64,000 bases of DNA from an uncultured Christensenella sp. Lineage in GTDB: Bacteria > Bacillota > Clostridia > Christensenellales > CAG-917. Made by a program: the position numbers and the translations under genes. The stretch lies in assembly GCA_910578325.1 (NCBI GenBank), contig CAJTQT010000003.1:167882-231881 (forward strand), in the 5' to 3' direction. Under the pieces are notes generated by a model. It was not told the origin of the DNA, did no database searches, and was given only the letters and a program-made list of their open reading frames with translations. Below are positions 26,083-36,071 of the stretch, one piece after another (position 1 is the first letter of the stretch; each line of letters starts with the position of its first letter).

Positions 26083-26240
26083 TCGAAAAAGCCACGTTGT
26101 TATAATGTGTTTTTCTTTTTAAAAAGCACGAGTATGCCGCGTGCATTTTCTCGTCTCTGCCGCGCAAACGAATGTTCGCTATCATTCGTTGAGCCGCTGT
26201 AAACTCCCGCCTCGTTTCGCGCATTCGTTTGCTTGCTCGG
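26083..26240 (+). repeat. Tandem unit copy 2 (diverged)
   Basis: Same 45-nt core at 26111-26155, preceded by a degenerate terminator hairpin. Inverted repeat gcaaacgaatg / cattcgtttgc (26164-26174 / 26222-26232) carries compensatory changes relative to copy 1. Confidence 0.85.
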
Positions 26241-26322
26241 CATACTTCACTTTCTAACGGTCAAGTTTTTTAGTTGACAATATGTATAAATGAATATTAC
26301 TATTAGTAATAAGGAAAGCAAA

Positions 26323-26856
26323 ATGGAAAACATAATTTTAGGCTTATTGTTGTTGCAGGCGCGAACAATATATCAATTACGGAAGCGCATAAATGACGGA
26401 CTGAATTTAATGTACAGTTGCAGTATGGGCAGCATACAGTCCGCTATTAAAAAATTATTGCACAACGGATATATCACTGTCAGCGAGATAACAGAGCACG
26501 GAAAACTGAAAAAAATTTACATCATAACCGATAGCGGCAAAAACTGCTTTAATACGTGGATAAGCAGTCCTATCGATAACGGCGCGGCTAAAAATCCCGA
26601 ACTGTCAAAAATATATTTTTTAGGATTCGCCGAAAGAGAAATCAGAATAAAACTAATAGAAAATTATATTGCCGATTTAAAAAAAACATATTCGGATTTA
26701 GAGAAAATATGTAACGAAGGCGAGACGCTGTCAATTGAGAATCAAAATAACGATATATTCTGTTATCAACTGCAAACGGCAATATACGGTCGCGATTTAA
26801 TGAAGTTCAATATTGAATGGTACAAACGTTTATTAAAACAGATAAGGAGAAAATAA
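26323..26856 (+). CDS. PadR-family transcriptional regulator
   Basis: ATG 26323 after AAGGAAAG. MENIILGLLLLQARTIYQLRKRI...SMGSIQSAIKKLLHNGYITVSE...KKIYIITDSGK is a PadR winged helix. Confidence 0.8.
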   Translation: MENIILGLLLLQARTIYQLRKRINDGLNLMYSCSMGSIQSAIKKLLHNGYITVSEITEHGKLKKIYIITDSGKNCFNTWISSPIDNGAAKNPELSKIYFLGFAEREIRIKLIENYIADLKKTYSDLEKICNEGETLSIENQNNDIFCYQLQTAIYGRDLMKFNIEWYKRLLKQIRRK

Positions 26857-26857
26857 A

Positions 26858-27646
26858 ATGGAAACTTTATATCTCGACAATTCCCCTATTGCCTATTATA
26901 TAGACGACACTGCGAATAAGGAATGGCTTGTTTTTATACACGCCGCGTTTGTTGACCGCAGAATGTTTGAAAAGCAATTCGATTACTTTTCGGGCAAATA
27001 TAATTTGCTGGCAGTCGATATTTTAGGGCACGGCAATTCCATTCACACGCGAAAAGGCGATAGCATTGATAAAATGTCCGACTGGTTAAACCGAATTTTT
27101 CAAAAGCATAATATCCCCGCCGCGCATTTTGTAGGCGTATCTTTGGGCTCGGTTTTTATACAGGATTTTGCAAACAAATATGAAAATAAAGTGCTGTCGC
27201 TTTCTTGCTTCGGCGGATATGACATAAACAACTTTGATATAAAAAGACAAAATGCAAATTCAAAGGCGCAAATGAAAATGATGATAAAAGCATTGTTTTC
27301 TATAAAATCGTTTGCAAAGTCAAATAAAAAAATTTCGGCATACACCGACGAAGCGCAAACTGCTTTCTACAATTTGAATATAGAATTCCCAAAAAAATCA
27401 TTTATGTATATGTCCGGACTGCAAAAACTTGTTAATAAATATCCGAAAAGACAACGGCAATATGAATTGTTAGTCGGCTGCGGAGAACACGATATACCTA
27501 TGGAAATAGAAATCGTGAACGAATGGGCAGAATATGAAAATTGCGATAAAATAATTTTTAAAGGCGCAGGACACTGTGTAAATATGGATACCCCGCAGGA
27601 TTTTAATACAAGTTTGGAAAAGTTCCTGCAAAAATGCAATAAATAA
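26858..27646 (+). CDS. Alpha/beta-fold hydrolase
   Basis: Nucleophile elbow HFVGVSLGS (GxSxG), HG oxyanion context FIHAAFVD, C-terminal GAGHCVNMD. Confidence 0.8.
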   Translation: METLYLDNSPIAYYIDDTANKEWLVFIHAAFVDRRMFEKQFDYFSGKYNLLAVDILGHGNSIHTRKGDSIDKMSDWLNRIFQKHNIPAAHFVGVSLGSVFIQDFANKYENKVLSLSCFGGYDINNFDIKRQNANSKAQMKMMIKALFSIKSFAKSNKKISAYTDEAQTAFYNLNIEFPKKSFMYMSGLQKLVNKYPKRQRQYELLVGCGEHDIPMEIEIVNEWAEYENCDKIIFKGAGHCVNMDTPQDFNTSLEKFLQKCNK

Positions 27647-27930
27647 AAACGGCGAGCGCTTATTCTGTATTCGCCGACAGCGAATATCAAGTGTTCAACG
27701 TCGCCGTACGACCGCGGAAATCCATAGACAGGAAGAAAACATAGAATATTCGGGAGGACGGAATTTGACATATACGTTAAAGACATCTATGAAACAGTAA
27801 AAGACTGATAATTTTCAGAAAAAAATCTCGGTTTAGTTAAAAGGGTTCTCAGTTTTATTAATTTACAAAAATTTTTCTTAAAAACCTTATCATAACGGCT
27901 TTGCCGTGCTTATAGTTGGAGGCTTTCTAT

Positions 27931-28341
27931 ATGCCAGTTATAATCTATAAATTTGTAGACGGCACGACGAACGCCGTTGAGGTTGCGGACGAAATTTATT
28001 TGATACACTTAGAGTTATTACAGCAAGAAAAAAATAATTATCGTCGCGAAACAAGGCGGCACACATCCTTATATTACTTTACCGATATGGGCATAGAATT
28101 TGAGGACAAGCGCGTCGATATACTTGCGGAGATTATACGGAAAGAAAATATAGAGCGCGTACGTAAAGAAATTATGACGTTAACGGATAGACGGCGAGAC
28201 TTAGTACATAAAGCCTTTTACGATGAAATGAAATATAGAGCGATAGCAGAACAAGCAGGAGTATCTCCCTCTGCAATATCAGAAAGAATGTCGAGGCTGC
28301 GCAATCAATTACAAAAGAAATTATCTGATTGGTCGTTTTAA
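27931..28341 (+). CDS. Sigma-70 region-4-like HTH protein (conjugative-element type)
   Basis: ATG 27931 after GGAGG. C-terminus RRRDLVHKAFYDEMKYRAIAEQAGVSPSAISERMSRLRNQLQKKL. No region 2. Confidence 0.55.
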   Translation: MPVIIYKFVDGTTNAVEVADEIYLIHLELLQQEKNNYRRETRRHTSLYYFTDMGIEFEDKRVDILAEIIRKENIERVRKEIMTLTDRRRDLVHKAFYDEMKYRAIAEQAGVSPSAISERMSRLRNQLQKKLSDWSF

Positions 28342-28558
28342 TTCTCTTTTCCGATACACAATAGCGTGATGCGTATTTTCAAATGTACAACTTAGTTTAT
28401 ATTTAGTATTCTCTTGTATCAACATCGTATCGTCAAGAAATCTATTCGATAAGCAAAAACCGCTTTGACAATGTACGATACTTGTTGAATATAAGTTAAA
28501 ACATTTGACAGGAAGACATATTCAAACAAAAATACTCTGTTTCCCCGCGCAAACATCA

Positions 28559-29341
28559 TTATACATTGATTTTCTGTTGCAAAAGCCAAAGTTTCATTAC
28601 AAGAGATTGAGGTAGAATTTTGGAGGCTACGTGTGTAAACTTGGTATAAAGCCCATACACTGACATACTTTTACCCGCATCCGCGTCCTTCACCGCCTTT
28701 TGCGCAACTACGTCGGGCTCGTGCATATCCACAAACTTATTTGTACCGCGTTTTGCGCCTATGCAGGCGCGTTCGTACAGCCCCGTGCTCATCCAACCGG
28801 GGCAAACGGCGATTGCCGTTATTCCTCTGTCTTCGAGTTCTACGTTCAAAGCACGCGTGTAATGTCTCAAAAAGACTTTCGTCGCCCCGTATATATTCTG
28901 GAACGGCAACGGCTGAAAAGAGGCTTGCGATGATATGTTTATAATTCTGTCTCCCCTTTCCATAAACGGAAGGCAGACTAAACACAGTGCAACCGCCGCG
29001 CCTACGTTCAGATCTATCATATTCAGCGATACGTCGGTATCTATGTCCCCGTACGCGCAGAATTTGGCAAATCCCGCGCAGTTTATCAGATACCTTACCC
29101 TGACGTTGTTTTCTTTAAGCATATCCGCGATAATTTTATAATTGTTTCTGTCCGTCAAATCCATAGGAATGACTTTGATAATATCGCCGAACTCATCTCT
29201 CAATCTATTGAGATTTTCTTCTCCGCGCGCGATAGTCCAAATTTCGTCCAAACCGTCCTTTGCCGCCAACAACCGGACAAACTCTTTTCCAAAGCCTCCG
29301 CTCGCGCCTGTAACAATTGCTATTTTTCTTTTTGTATCCAT
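28559..29341 (-). CDS. SDR-family oxidoreductase
   Basis: TGASGGFG cofactor motif and catalytic YGATK (YxxxK). Confidence 0.88.
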   Translation of the reverse strand: MDTKRKIAIVTGASGGFGKEFVRLLAAKDGLDEIWTIARGEENLNRLRDEFGDIIKVIPMDLTDRNNYKIIADMLKENNVRVRYLINCAGFAKFCAYGDIDTDVSLNMIDLNVGAAVALCLVCLPFMERGDRIINISSQASFQPLPFQNIYGATKVFLRHYTRALNVELEDRGITAIAVCPGWMSTGLYERACIGAKRGTNKFVDMHEPDVVAQKAVKDADAGKSMSVYGLYTKFTHVASKILPQSLVMKLWLLQQKINV

Positions 29342-29432
29342 AAAAACCGCCCCTTGTCTATCACAGTATGATTTGCAATTCGGGCGGTTTTATGCTTTGA
29401 AAGTATAAGTTATAGCCTATCCTAAATGGAAA

Positions 29433-30128
29433 TTAAAGCGATTTAAGTCCGAGCGACTTGCAAATTTCCGCAAGACTTTCGGTGGGATTGAGCGCGTCTT
29501 CGAGCGAGAACGCCACCGACGACTGAGCTTTTTTTCTGTTTTCAGCGTCTTTGATTTTCTCTTTCAGTTCCGCGACGGCGGACGTAGGTTGAACTTTTTC
29601 TGTTTTCTGCAAAGACAACTGTTGCTGTGTAAGTCTTTCGACTTCGCTTCTGAAATAATCCTCCATATCCGTAGTCGTTCCTCCCTTGTTAAGAGAAAAA
29701 TCCTGCATAAGAAATTTTTGAAGGTCCAACTGGGTAGACACCGCCACGCTTTCCATATTGAGAGCGTCTTTATCAAAATGATATCTGTCTTTCAACTGTT
29801 CGTACGCGCCAACCCATTTCGCTCTGAAAAGACGCAGACGTTCAAGTTCGGAAGCATATCTGGCTTTTATGTCGGCAGTCATCTTATCCGCATTTTCGGT
29901 AGCGGTGATGAACGCGGATTTTATCTGTTCCTCTCTGCTTCTGAGAACGGATAATTCCTCCGAAAGCCGTTTGCACTCATCCGTCAGTTCGGCTATACGC
30001 TCGCGCTGACCGAGTTGCACTTCATCCGCTCTTTCACGCTCTGACGAGATATAGTTTTCAACTGCCGCTATATCGTAACCTCTGTGTTTAACTGCAAATC
30101 TTGCGGTTTGTTTTCTGTTTCTTTTCAT
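29433..30128 (-). CDS. DivIVA-domain protein
   Basis: N-terminus FAVKHRGYDIAAVENYI followed by coiled coil. ATG 30128 after GAGGTG. Confidence 0.75.
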   Translation of the reverse strand: MKRNRKQTARFAVKHRGYDIAAVENYISSERERADEVQLGQRERIAELTDECKRLSEELSVLRSREEQIKSAFITATENADKMTADIKARYASELERLRLFRAKWVGAYEQLKDRYHFDKDALNMESVAVSTQLDLQKFLMQDFSLNKGGTTTDMEDYFRSEVERLTQQQLSLQKTEKVQPTSAVAELKEKIKDAENRKKAQSSVAFSLEDALNPTESLAEICKSLGLKSL

Positions 30129-30285
30129 ACGCACCTCGTACTCATATATAGGGAATTATGACATACTTCCGCCTGCGAAAATTGAAAACATTTCCATATA
30201 TTACGCGAATAATGTAATATAAAAACCCCTCGGCAACACACTGTACCGAGGGGCGAATTTGCGGCATATCTACCCGCTAAATCTG

Positions 30286-31743
30286 TCATTTTGCATTGCT
30301 GTTGAGAAGCGTCTGTTTGAGATTCCAAAGTTTTTCCGAAAGGTCTACTTTGTACGTCTGAGTGTTTACAACTCTGCGGTACTCAGGGAAGAATTCTTTC
30401 ACAGATTCATCCTCTGTCTTAGCAATATCTTTGAGCGTAGGAATCTCATAAACCAGTTTTCCGTTCTTAAATATCGGTTGCATAAGTTCTTTGACCTCGA
30501 AATCGGTGTAGCTCGTCTTTTTGTACGTCAACTCCGGATGGAAAATCGTAAGCGGCTTAGACGTGTCGATAACCTCGTCTTCGAGGCAAATCAAATCCGC
30601 CTGCGCCATACCGTTCCGGTATATTCTCACAATCTTTTTCACGCCCGGATTCGTTGTCTTTTCGTGGCTGTTGGACACCTTAATTTTAGGTATAAGCGTT
30701 CCGTTTTCTTCGAGAGCGCAAAGTTTATAGACGCCTCCTAAGGACGCATTGTTATAACTGGTTATAAGTTTCGTGCCTATGCCGTAGACATCGATTTTTG
30801 CGTCCTGATTGTTGAGCGCAAGCAGAATATCTTCGTCTAAGTCGTTTGTTGCGAAAATAAGACAGTCTTTGTGTCCCGCTTCGTCAAGCATAGCGCGCGC
30901 TTTTCTGCTCAGATATGCAAGGTCGCCGCTGTCGAGGCGTATTCCCAGCGGTTTATAACCCTTCGCTTTGAGTTTATCGAAAACTTTAATTGCGTTGGGA
31001 ACGCCGCTTTTGAGCGTATCGTAAGTATCGACAAGCAAGAGGCATTTTTCAGGATAGATTTCCGCGTATTTTTCAAACGCTTCGAGTTCGCTGTCAAACG
31101 ACATAACCCAACTGTGCGAATGCGTTCCCGTCACGGGAATACCGTACAGTTTTCCCGCAACCACGTTGGACGTAGTGCGTACTCCTCCTATATAGGCGGC
31201 GCGCGCTCCGTATATTCCTGCGTCCGCGCCCTGCGCACGGCGCAGTCCGAACTCGCTTATCTTCTTATCGGTACATTCCGTAAGCCTCATCGCCTTAGTT
31301 GCAATAAGCGTCTGATGATTGATAAACGTCAGCAGCGCGGTTTCTATGAGTTGCGCTTCCCAGAGCGGAGCGGAAACCGTTACAATCGGCTCGTATGGAA
31401 ACACTATCGTTCCCTCGGGAACCGCCTTTATATCTCCCGTAAAACGGAAATTCTTCAACGCGTCAAAAAATTTCTCGTCGAAAATGCCCAAAGAACGCAG
31501 ATACTCGATATCGCCGTCCTCGAAACGCAGATTCAGAATGTAATCGATAGCCTGTTCAAGTCCGCCTGCTACCGCATACGAAAAACCGCCTGCCCCGCGG
31601 TAAAATACGTCGAATACGGCCCTGCGGCTGTCCATATCGCAAATGCGGTATCCATTCATCATAGTGAGTTGATAGAGGTCTGTGAGCAAAGTAAGGTTGT
31701 TTGTTTTTACTCTCTCGGTAGTGTAGGAGTTGTTCTGTTCCAT
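30286..31743 (-). CDS. pncB: Nicotinate phosphoribosyltransferase
   Basis: LLTDLYQLTMMNGY, GTHSHSW and ~480 aa length. I prefer ATG 31743 (AGAGGA 8 nt upstream). Confidence 0.9.
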   Translation of the reverse strand: MEQNNSYTTERVKTNNLTLLTDLYQLTMMNGYRICDMDSRRAVFDVFYRGAGGFSYAVAGGLEQAIDYILNLRFEDGDIEYLRSLGIFDEKFFDALKNFRFTGDIKAVPEGTIVFPYEPIVTVSAPLWEAQLIETALLTFINHQTLIATKAMRLTECTDKKISEFGLRRAQGADAGIYGARAAYIGGVRTTSNVVAGKLYGIPVTGTHSHSWVMSFDSELEAFEKYAEIYPEKCLLLVDTYDTLKSGVPNAIKVFDKLKAKGYKPLGIRLDSGDLAYLSRKARAMLDEAGHKDCLIFATNDLDEDILLALNNQDAKIDVYGIGTKLITSYNNASLGGVYKLCALEENGTLIPKIKVSNSHEKTTNPGVKKIVRIYRNGMAQADLICLEDEVIDTSKPLTIFHPELTYKKTSYTDFEVKELMQPIFKNGKLVYEIPTLKDIAKTEDESVKEFFPEYRRVVNTQTYKVDLSEKLWNLKQTLLNSNAK

Positions 31744-31823
31744 AATCATCGTCCTCTGCGCGTCTAATATGTCTGCGCGCAATCTGTATAACAAGCGAAC
31801 GGCATTACGCCGTCCGCAAGTGT

Positions 31824-32924
31824 TTAACGCCCGTATACTTCCGTTTTGGCAAGTTGCTTAAACCTGCTTCTGTATTTCTTCGGCACTCGGTAATAGTCTG
31901 TATTCTCGAAATCGACAGTGACATATTCGCCTTTTGTGTATATAAGTCTAAGCGGATTCTTTGCATTTTTAAGCACTTTACCGACGAAAACATAGTTGTT
32001 AACTTCATATTCCGTCAAAGCAACGTCTTTAAAGTCTCCCATCAACGCGAGGGCGCGCACCTTTTTATATGCCGCCGTACTGTCGCAGGCAAGAACGTAC
32101 AAAACTCCGGCAATTGCCGACAGCGGTACGACCACTCCGCAAAGAACTTTCGTGACAGGCACCGCGTCCATACGCAGGAATTCAAGCCAAAGACGTCCCA
32201 GCATATACCAGAAAAGATAGAATATCAGCATAAGCCCGGGATATTTTTTATTCTTGCCCTTTTCCCAGAAGGCAAGACAGATTGCAAGTCCTATCGAATT
32301 CCACACCATTTCATAAAAAAACGTAGCGCAGAACCATCCGGGAACATTAGCGTGTACTTTGTCATAAAATTCGGATTCAACACCGCTCGGCCGCGTGATA
32401 TAAACACCGAACGGAAACGACATAAATCTCTCGTCGGTGATAGGCAGTCCGAACGCCTCCTGATTGACGAAATTGCCCAGTCTGCCGATTATCTGTCCCG
32501 TGAGCAACGGCACCACAACAAGGTCGGCAACGTTGCCGAAATTGCACTGTTTTCTGTGACGGATCGTAAAAAATACACCGCCTAATACGCCGCCGACAAG
32601 TCCTCCGATTATGGTAATTCCTCCGTCCCAAATCGCGATAAATTCCACAAAATCATCAAAACTGTTCCACGGGAAAAACTCGTCTACTCGTCCGGGAATG
32701 ATATACAAAATGCGTGCAAAAACTATCGCTAACGGAATAACCCAAAGAAAAAGTTCTATTGCGTCGTCGACTTTGAGATTGATTTTTTTACATTCCACGC
32801 AAACGTACACAAGACCTATCAGCATTGCGAAAACTATTATAAGTCCATACCATTTCACGGTAAGCGAGCCTATCTCGAATGCGGTCGTAGGGTCGTTTGC
32901 AGTTGCTAAAACGGATAAAAACAT
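31824..32924 (-). CDS. lgt: Prolipoprotein diacylglyceryl transferase with C-terminal extension
   Basis: GRLGNFVNQEAFG signature; polytopic membrane protein; ~90 aa soluble C-terminal tail. Confidence 0.88.
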   Translation of the reverse strand: MFLSVLATANDPTTAFEIGSLTVKWYGLIIVFAMLIGLVYVCVECKKINLKVDDAIELFLWVIPLAIVFARILYIIPGRVDEFFPWNSFDDFVEFIAIWDGGITIIGGLVGGVLGGVFFTIRHRKQCNFGNVADLVVVPLLTGQIIGRLGNFVNQEAFGLPITDERFMSFPFGVYITRPSGVESEFYDKVHANVPGWFCATFFYEMVWNSIGLAICLAFWEKGKNKKYPGLMLIFYLFWYMLGRLWLEFLRMDAVPVTKVLCGVVVPLSAIAGVLYVLACDSTAAYKKVRALALMGDFKDVALTEYEVNNYVFVGKVLKNAKNPLRLIYTKGEYVTVDFENTDYYRVPKKYRSRFKQLAKTEVYGR

Positions 32925-32927
32925 AAC

Positions 32928-34193
32928 TCAAATCTCCAACGCAAGTCTTGTCGCCCCGTCCTCTCGGATTGCAAGTTTAAAGACGTTTTCACTGCCGAAC
33001 ATATCTTTCAGCGCACAGTCAACTGACTCGGCCGATTTTTCCGCTAACACGAGAATCGTTCCGGCAAAACCGCCGCCGTGAACTCTGCTTGCGACAACGC
33101 CGTCGATTTTAACCACTTTGTCCAGCGCGTTTTCGAGATTGCGGTTGCGTCCCGTCGGAGAATAAGTGTTTTGAAGTTTATATCTCGAACTCAGCCCCGA
33201 CGCGTTGACTATATCGATAAACGTTTTTTCATCGCGACTGTCAATTGCCCCGATCGCTTTTTCGACACGCTCGTTCTCTTCGAAAAAATGCTCCGCTCTC
33301 GAATATGCCCTGCCGCTCACTTTATTCTTTATATCCAACTTAGATTTCTCCCATTCATCGCGTCCGATTTCGCAAAGCAGGCGTTTGCCGAAGCAAGACG
33401 CAACCGCTTTCATTTCTGCGGGAATTGCGGAATAATCGTCCGTAAGATTGCTGTGGTCGCCGCCTGTGGATACCACGAATATATCCAAACCGTCAAATGC
33501 CCAGTCCGCCTTTTCGACGACAGGATTTTCAAGGTCGCAAAAGTCGATCAGATTGACGCCGCCGAGCGCGATTGCGCTCTGGTCCATCAATCCGCTCGGT
33601 TTGCCGAAATACGCGTTTTCGGCATACTGCGAAGCCTTTGCTTTGAAAATTGCGTCAAGTTTTCCGCCGTTGTATAAAACGTTGAGGATTTCCGCTATGA
33701 CAAGTTCGAACGAACTGGAAGAAGATACTCCCGAGCCCTTAGGAACGTTGGCGGTCATACTGGCGCAGAACCCGCCTACGCTTTTGCCCGAACGGATAAA
33801 ATAGTCGGTTACGCCCTTTACAAGAGCGAGAGACGTCCCGATTTCAGAAACGGAAAACGTCGGATTTTTTACGTCTACGCGAAGCATAGGATATCCCGCG
33901 GATTTAACTTCAATAATTCCGTCGTCGCGCGGTGAAACGCACGCGAGAGTATCGAAATTTATAGCCGCGCAAAGCACCTTGCCTCCGTTGTGGTCGGTGT
34001 GGTTTCCTATGATTTCGATACGTCCGGGAGATGAGTAAAATTCCTTTGCGTCCACGCCGAAACATTCTCGGTGCGCTTTGAGCAAAGAACAAAATCTGTC
34101 CGCCTGCTCCGCTCCGTCGGTATGAAACACCCTGCGGCATACGCCGTCGAATTTCGGATTAGAATTGAAATATTCCTCGGATAACGCCATCAT
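32928..34193 (-). CDS. galK: Galactokinase-family GHMP kinase
   Basis: GRIEIIGNHTDHNGG (galactokinase signature variant), GHMP motif PKGSGVSSSSS, divergent from galT. Confidence 0.8.
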   Translation of the reverse strand: MMALSEEYFNSNPKFDGVCRRVFHTDGAEQADRFCSLLKAHRECFGVDAKEFYSSPGRIEIIGNHTDHNGGKVLCAAINFDTLACVSPRDDGIIEVKSAGYPMLRVDVKNPTFSVSEIGTSLALVKGVTDYFIRSGKSVGGFCASMTANVPKGSGVSSSSSFELVIAEILNVLYNGGKLDAIFKAKASQYAENAYFGKPSGLMDQSAIALGGVNLIDFCDLENPVVEKADWAFDGLDIFVVSTGGDHSNLTDDYSAIPAEMKAVASCFGKRLLCEIGRDEWEKSKLDIKNKVSGRAYSRAEHFFEENERVEKAIGAIDSRDEKTFIDIVNASGLSSRYKLQNTYSPTGRNRNLENALDKVVKIDGVVASRVHGGGFAGTILVLAEKSAESVDCALKDMFGSENVFKLAIREDGATRLALEI

Positions 34194-34429
34194 AACTACT
34201 CCGCAATTATCATATAATAATTATGCTATATTGTAACATAGCGTATTTCCATTTGCAAGAACATTCGCAAGGTCGCTGAAATTTGAAACACAATTTCACA
34301 AAATGTTTCAACCGCTTGCTATATTATTGCAATGATGTTACAATTCGATGTGTCCGATAGAGTTTAAACGGACGCTTAAAGACAAATTTAATTTGCCAAT
34401 ACGGCGGAATTCACACTTTTGGAGTTAAT

Positions 34430-35974
34430 ATGGCAAGGATTTCATTTGAGAATCAAGCGAAACAGAATGTCAGAAATCTTATCGATTATGCGGTAAAGCA
34501 CCTATATCTCGACGAAAACGACATCGATTACACGCACAACGCGCTTCTGGATTTATTTAAACTCGACGAGCCATTCGACGGTGAAATCAAGTCCTACGAA
34601 ATTTATCAGGTTTTAAACCATCTATGCGATTATGCGATACGCATAAAACTAATAGAGGAAAACGAAAAACCGCTGTTTGAAACAAAACTTCTCGGTCTGA
34701 TAATGCCGCGTCCTTCCCGTACGGTAGAACTGTTTGACGATACTGCGCGGTTCAAAGGCGTTGAACAGGCGTGCAATATGCTTTACAAACTCGGCGAAGA
34801 CAGCGCGTATCTGCGCCGCCCCGACCTCGACAAAAATATAGTCTGGGAACATAACTGCGACAGAGGAAACATAGTGGTTACGATAAATCTCGCCAAACCC
34901 GAGAAAACTCCCGAGCAGGTCCGTCTTGCCAAACTGGCAAAAGGCGGATATCCCAAATGTATGCTCTGCCGCGAAAACGTCGGTTGGGCAGGCAATCAGG
35001 CGAAGCCCGCAAGACAAACTCTGCGCACAATTCCGTTCGAACTTGACGGCGAAAACTGGTTTATGCAATTTTCACCTTATCAATATTTCGAGCAACATGT
35101 GATCGCAGTGTGCGAAGAACACCGCCCTATGTGCGTAACCGACTCAACTTTCAGGCGTATGCTTGATTTTGTCGACCTTTTCCCTCACTATTTCATAGGT
35201 TCTAACGCGGCGCTCCCCATAGTCGGCGGCTCTATACTCGCGCACGACCATTATCAGGGCGGCAAAAAAGTACTTCCCGTTTTTACCCGTCCATCCCGTA
35301 AGCACTATATGGCGAACTCTCTGCCCGACGTAAACGTATCCGTCGTAGACTGGTACAATTCCGTCATTCGTATTGAAAGCAAAAACCGGGAACAGTTACT
35401 TTGCGCGGTAAACAAATTCCGCAGCGCGTGGGATGCGTACTCCGACGAGAGCGTAAACATAATCTGTTCTTCTCAAAAAGACGGAGAATGCGTTCAGCAC
35501 AACGCAATTACGCCCATAGCGTCCATAAACGAATCCGGCGAGTATCAGTTCAACCTGATACTTAGAAATAACCGCACCGACGAAGCGCATCCTTTCGGGA
35601 TTTTCCATCCTGCCGAAGACCTGCACAATATCAAACAGGAATCCATAGGCATAATCGAAGTAATGGGTCTGTTTATACTTCCGGGCAGACTGGAATCGGA
35701 GGCAAACTCGATTCGCGATATACTTACGGGCAAAACTCCGCTCGATTTCAAATCTCTGTCCGAGGACAGCCACCCTCTACACAAACATCTGGGTATGATA
35801 GCGCAACTCGCCTCCGACTACAATACGAACTGCTCCGAAAAAAAGGCAAGCGACGCTATAACCGAATACATCAACCGCGCCTGCGAACGCATACTCGACA
35901 CCACCGCCGTGTTTAAAAACGACAGTCAGGGACAAGCCGCGTTCGATAGATTTATAACAAGCGTAATAGGTTAA
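34430..35974 (+). CDS. galT: UDP-glucose--hexose-1-phosphate uridylyltransferase (type 2 GalT)
   Basis: ~500 aa Firmicutes-type GalT; active-site GGSILAHDHYQGG; SD GGAG. Confidence 0.88.
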   Translation: MARISFENQAKQNVRNLIDYAVKHLYLDENDIDYTHNALLDLFKLDEPFDGEIKSYEIYQVLNHLCDYAIRIKLIEENEKPLFETKLLGLIMPRPSRTVELFDDTARFKGVEQACNMLYKLGEDSAYLRRPDLDKNIVWEHNCDRGNIVVTINLAKPEKTPEQVRLAKLAKGGYPKCMLCRENVGWAGNQAKPARQTLRTIPFELDGENWFMQFSPYQYFEQHVIAVCEEHRPMCVTDSTFRRMLDFVDLFPHYFIGSNAALPIVGGSILAHDHYQGGKKVLPVFTRPSRKHYMANSLPDVNVSVVDWYNSVIRIESKNREQLLCAVNKFRSAWDAYSDESVNIICSSQKDGECVQHNAITPIASINESGEYQFNLILRNNRTDEAHPFGIFHPAEDLHNIKQESIGIIEVMGLFILPGRLESEANSIRDILTGKTPLDFKSLSEDSHPLHKHLGMIAQLASDYNTNCSEKKASDAITEYINRACERILDTTAVFKNDSQGQAAFDRFITSVIG

Positions 35975-36004
35975 TCTTATCTTAAATTGTAAATATACAA
36001 ATTG

Positions 36005-36033
36005 AAAAAGCGCACTTTACGGTGCGCTTTTAA
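36005..36033. terminator. Bidirectional terminator between galT and recR
   Basis: aaaaagcgcac-tttacg-gtgcgctttt. Confidence 0.8.
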
Positions 36034-36071
36034 AATTCAGTTTTCGGCAATCTAACCGTTCGGAATTAATA

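Noticed and set aside
25700-26202. Track ORFs 25700..25921 (-), 25825..26037 (-) and 25981..26202 (+)
   Set aside because: They overlap tRNA-Lys/tRNA-Leu and the structured tandem repeat. They have no RBS, and the region is better explained as RNA genes and repeats.
34194-34429. cre/GalR-type operator in the galK-galT divergent region (TGAAAC...GTTTCA at ~34,290-34,316; tgtaacatagcgta)
   Set aside because: Neither candidate fits the 14-nt cre consensus (TGWAANCGNTNWCA) at the central CG. No LacI-family regulator gene is adjacent, so the evidence is too weak to call.
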